Shown here in pieces: positions 62,305-64,000 of a stretch of DNA of 64,000 bases. Below the pieces are notes generated by a model. That model was not told the origin of the DNA. It saw nothing but the letters and a program-made list of their open reading frames with translations, and made no database searches. The stretch comes from Octopus bimaculoides (taxonomy: Eukaryota). Position 1 is the stretch's first letter; each line of letters opens with the position of its first letter. The position numbers and the translations under genes were made by a program. Location of the stretch: contig NC_068993.1 in assembly GCF_001194135.2 (NCBI RefSeq), positions 17,188,073-17,252,072 on the forward strand, read 5' to 3'.

Positions 62305-62766
62305 TTTATTCTTTTGTTTCAGTCATTTGGCTGTGGCTATGCTGGAGCACTGCCTTTAGTTGAACAAATTGACCCCAGGACTTATTTTTTGTAAGCCTAG
62401 TGCTTATTCTACTGGTCTCTTTTGCTGAACCACTAAGTTACGGGGACGTAAACACCAACATCAGTTGTCAAGTGATGGTGAGGGTGACAAACACACACAC
62501 ATATTTATATATATATATATATATATACCACGGGCTTCTTTCAGTTTCCAAACACAGACACACAAACATATACACACACATACATATATATATACATATA
62601 TACGACAGGCTTCTTTCAGTTTCCATCTGCTAAATCCACTCACAAGGCTTTGGTTGGCCCGAGGCTATAGTAGAATACACTTGCCCAAGGTGCCATGTAG
62701 TGGGACTGAAGCCGGCACCATGTGGTTGATAAGCAAATTACTTACCACACAGCCACACCTGCGCCT
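62305..62766 (-). mobile_element. Full-length SINE family A with an internal tandem duplication
   Basis: GGGCTTCTTTCAGTTTCC and the flanking microsatellite block occur twice (62495-62550, 62551-62625). Confidence 0.88.
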
Positions 62767-63168
62767 GTCCACTTTTCCATACTTGTATGAGTTGGACAAA
62801 GTTTATCGAGGCAGATTTTCTGGAGCCAAATGGTCTTCCCGTCACCAAATTCAAGTGTTTTCAAGCAGGGTAATATTTCTGTGTTTTCACAGAATATTGG
62901 ACATGAACACACACTGCATGTGTGTGTGTGTGTGTGTGTAACAGGCTTCTGTTTCCATTGACTAAATTCATTTACAAGGCTTTGGTCAGCCTGGGGCTAT
63001 AGTAGAAGACACTTGCCCAAGGTGCTACCACAGAAGGATTTAACCCAGGGCCACACAGTTACGAAGCAAGCTTCTCAACCATACAGCTATGTCACAATCT
63101 TGATTAAATTAAAGAATCCTCTCCACTCTACATCAACTTTATTTATTCACCAACCTCTTTACAAAGCA

Positions 63169-63218
63169 TAGGGTTAGGGTTAGGTTTACCCTAACCCTAA
63201 CCCTAGCGTTAGGGTTAG
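63169..63218. repeat. Short interstitial telomeric-type repeats in inverted arrangement
   Basis: TAGGGTTAGGGTTAGG-tttac-CCTAACCCTAACCCTA-gcg-TTAGGGTTAG. Confidence 0.8.
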
Positions 63219-64000
63219 AGTATTAGATGATTTCTGTTTCACTCCTGTGACCGGACGTTGAGATTTAGTGCTCGGGTTGTGTGAATTTTCCGAGCCCTCT
63301 CCCCACCCCCCACCCCGTTTGCCAGCGTGCATTTTTTTCCTTCATATTTATTTCATATAAGGTGCACTTCAACTACTACACTATTTTTCTTTCAATTTTT
63401 CCACCGGGTGTGGATCTATATAAAAACCAGAAACTTACATTTGATTGGCCAACCAACATCCTATCCAGAAAGAATAGGGTCTATTTCACCTTATTCCACA
63501 ATATAAAACAAAAACTACGCACAGGACTGGCTCTTTAAAGTTCTAAGAGATTACTATAGCTGTTAGAGTTACTTGAGTACAGAATGCTCTTCAGAAATGT
63601 ACAAACATCACAGGGAGACTGAAAAGATGGTCTGAGTTTAGTCCACTATTATTAATGATGGTTACAGATTATTCTTTATCAGGACATTACTTAATAAACT
63701 CGTCAGTGCTATTGAGTTACTTTTGGCTTGATATGATGCTGAATAGACTTATATAAAGCAATGGCTGTTGTGCTGCCTTGCATAATATGTATGTAGGAGG
63801 CCTTTTTTTTTTTGTTGCAGAAGCCATCCTGTATTCATTGAGAGTTGTGTAATGTTTGAATATAGTGGTTTGCATCCATAATCTGATTTAGAAAAGGGAA
63901 TATGTGGACTGGCGCTACCAAGAATGAGTGTTTCTAGGAAAGAGATAGATGAGTCTGTGTGATGTTGTCTTGTTTTAATTCTGCATATTTACTAGATAAC

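Overview
AT-rich, microsatellite-dense, gapped eukaryotic scaffold whose repeat content (tRNA-derived SINE families, RTE LINE 3' ends, Penelope-like termini) fits a cephalopod, most likely Octopus (inference from repeat families, no database search). One host gene is visible. It lies on the minus strand and has a single-exon ~777-aa CDS (28164-30497), at least two small non-coding upstream exons (35164-35216, 35976-36047), a CpG-rich promoter-like zone near 36.4 kb and a long repeat-poor downstream region. The rest is mobile DNA: a young two-LTR element nested in an RTE LINE, a mariner with an open DD34D transposase ORF, a deleted Merlin, decayed RTE/CR1/Penelope fragments, MITEs and many SINEs. 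The most striking unannotated signal is a near-canonical type I hammerhead ribozyme (30901-30959, + strand). It sits at the tip of a ~135-nt rod inside a ~304-nt multi-hairpin unit flanked by an 8-bp direct repeat, which resembles a retrozyme (circular RNA) monomer. Four further minimal or variant hammerhead motifs lie in Penelope-like terminal fragments. No CRISPR array, rRNA or true tRNA gene was found.
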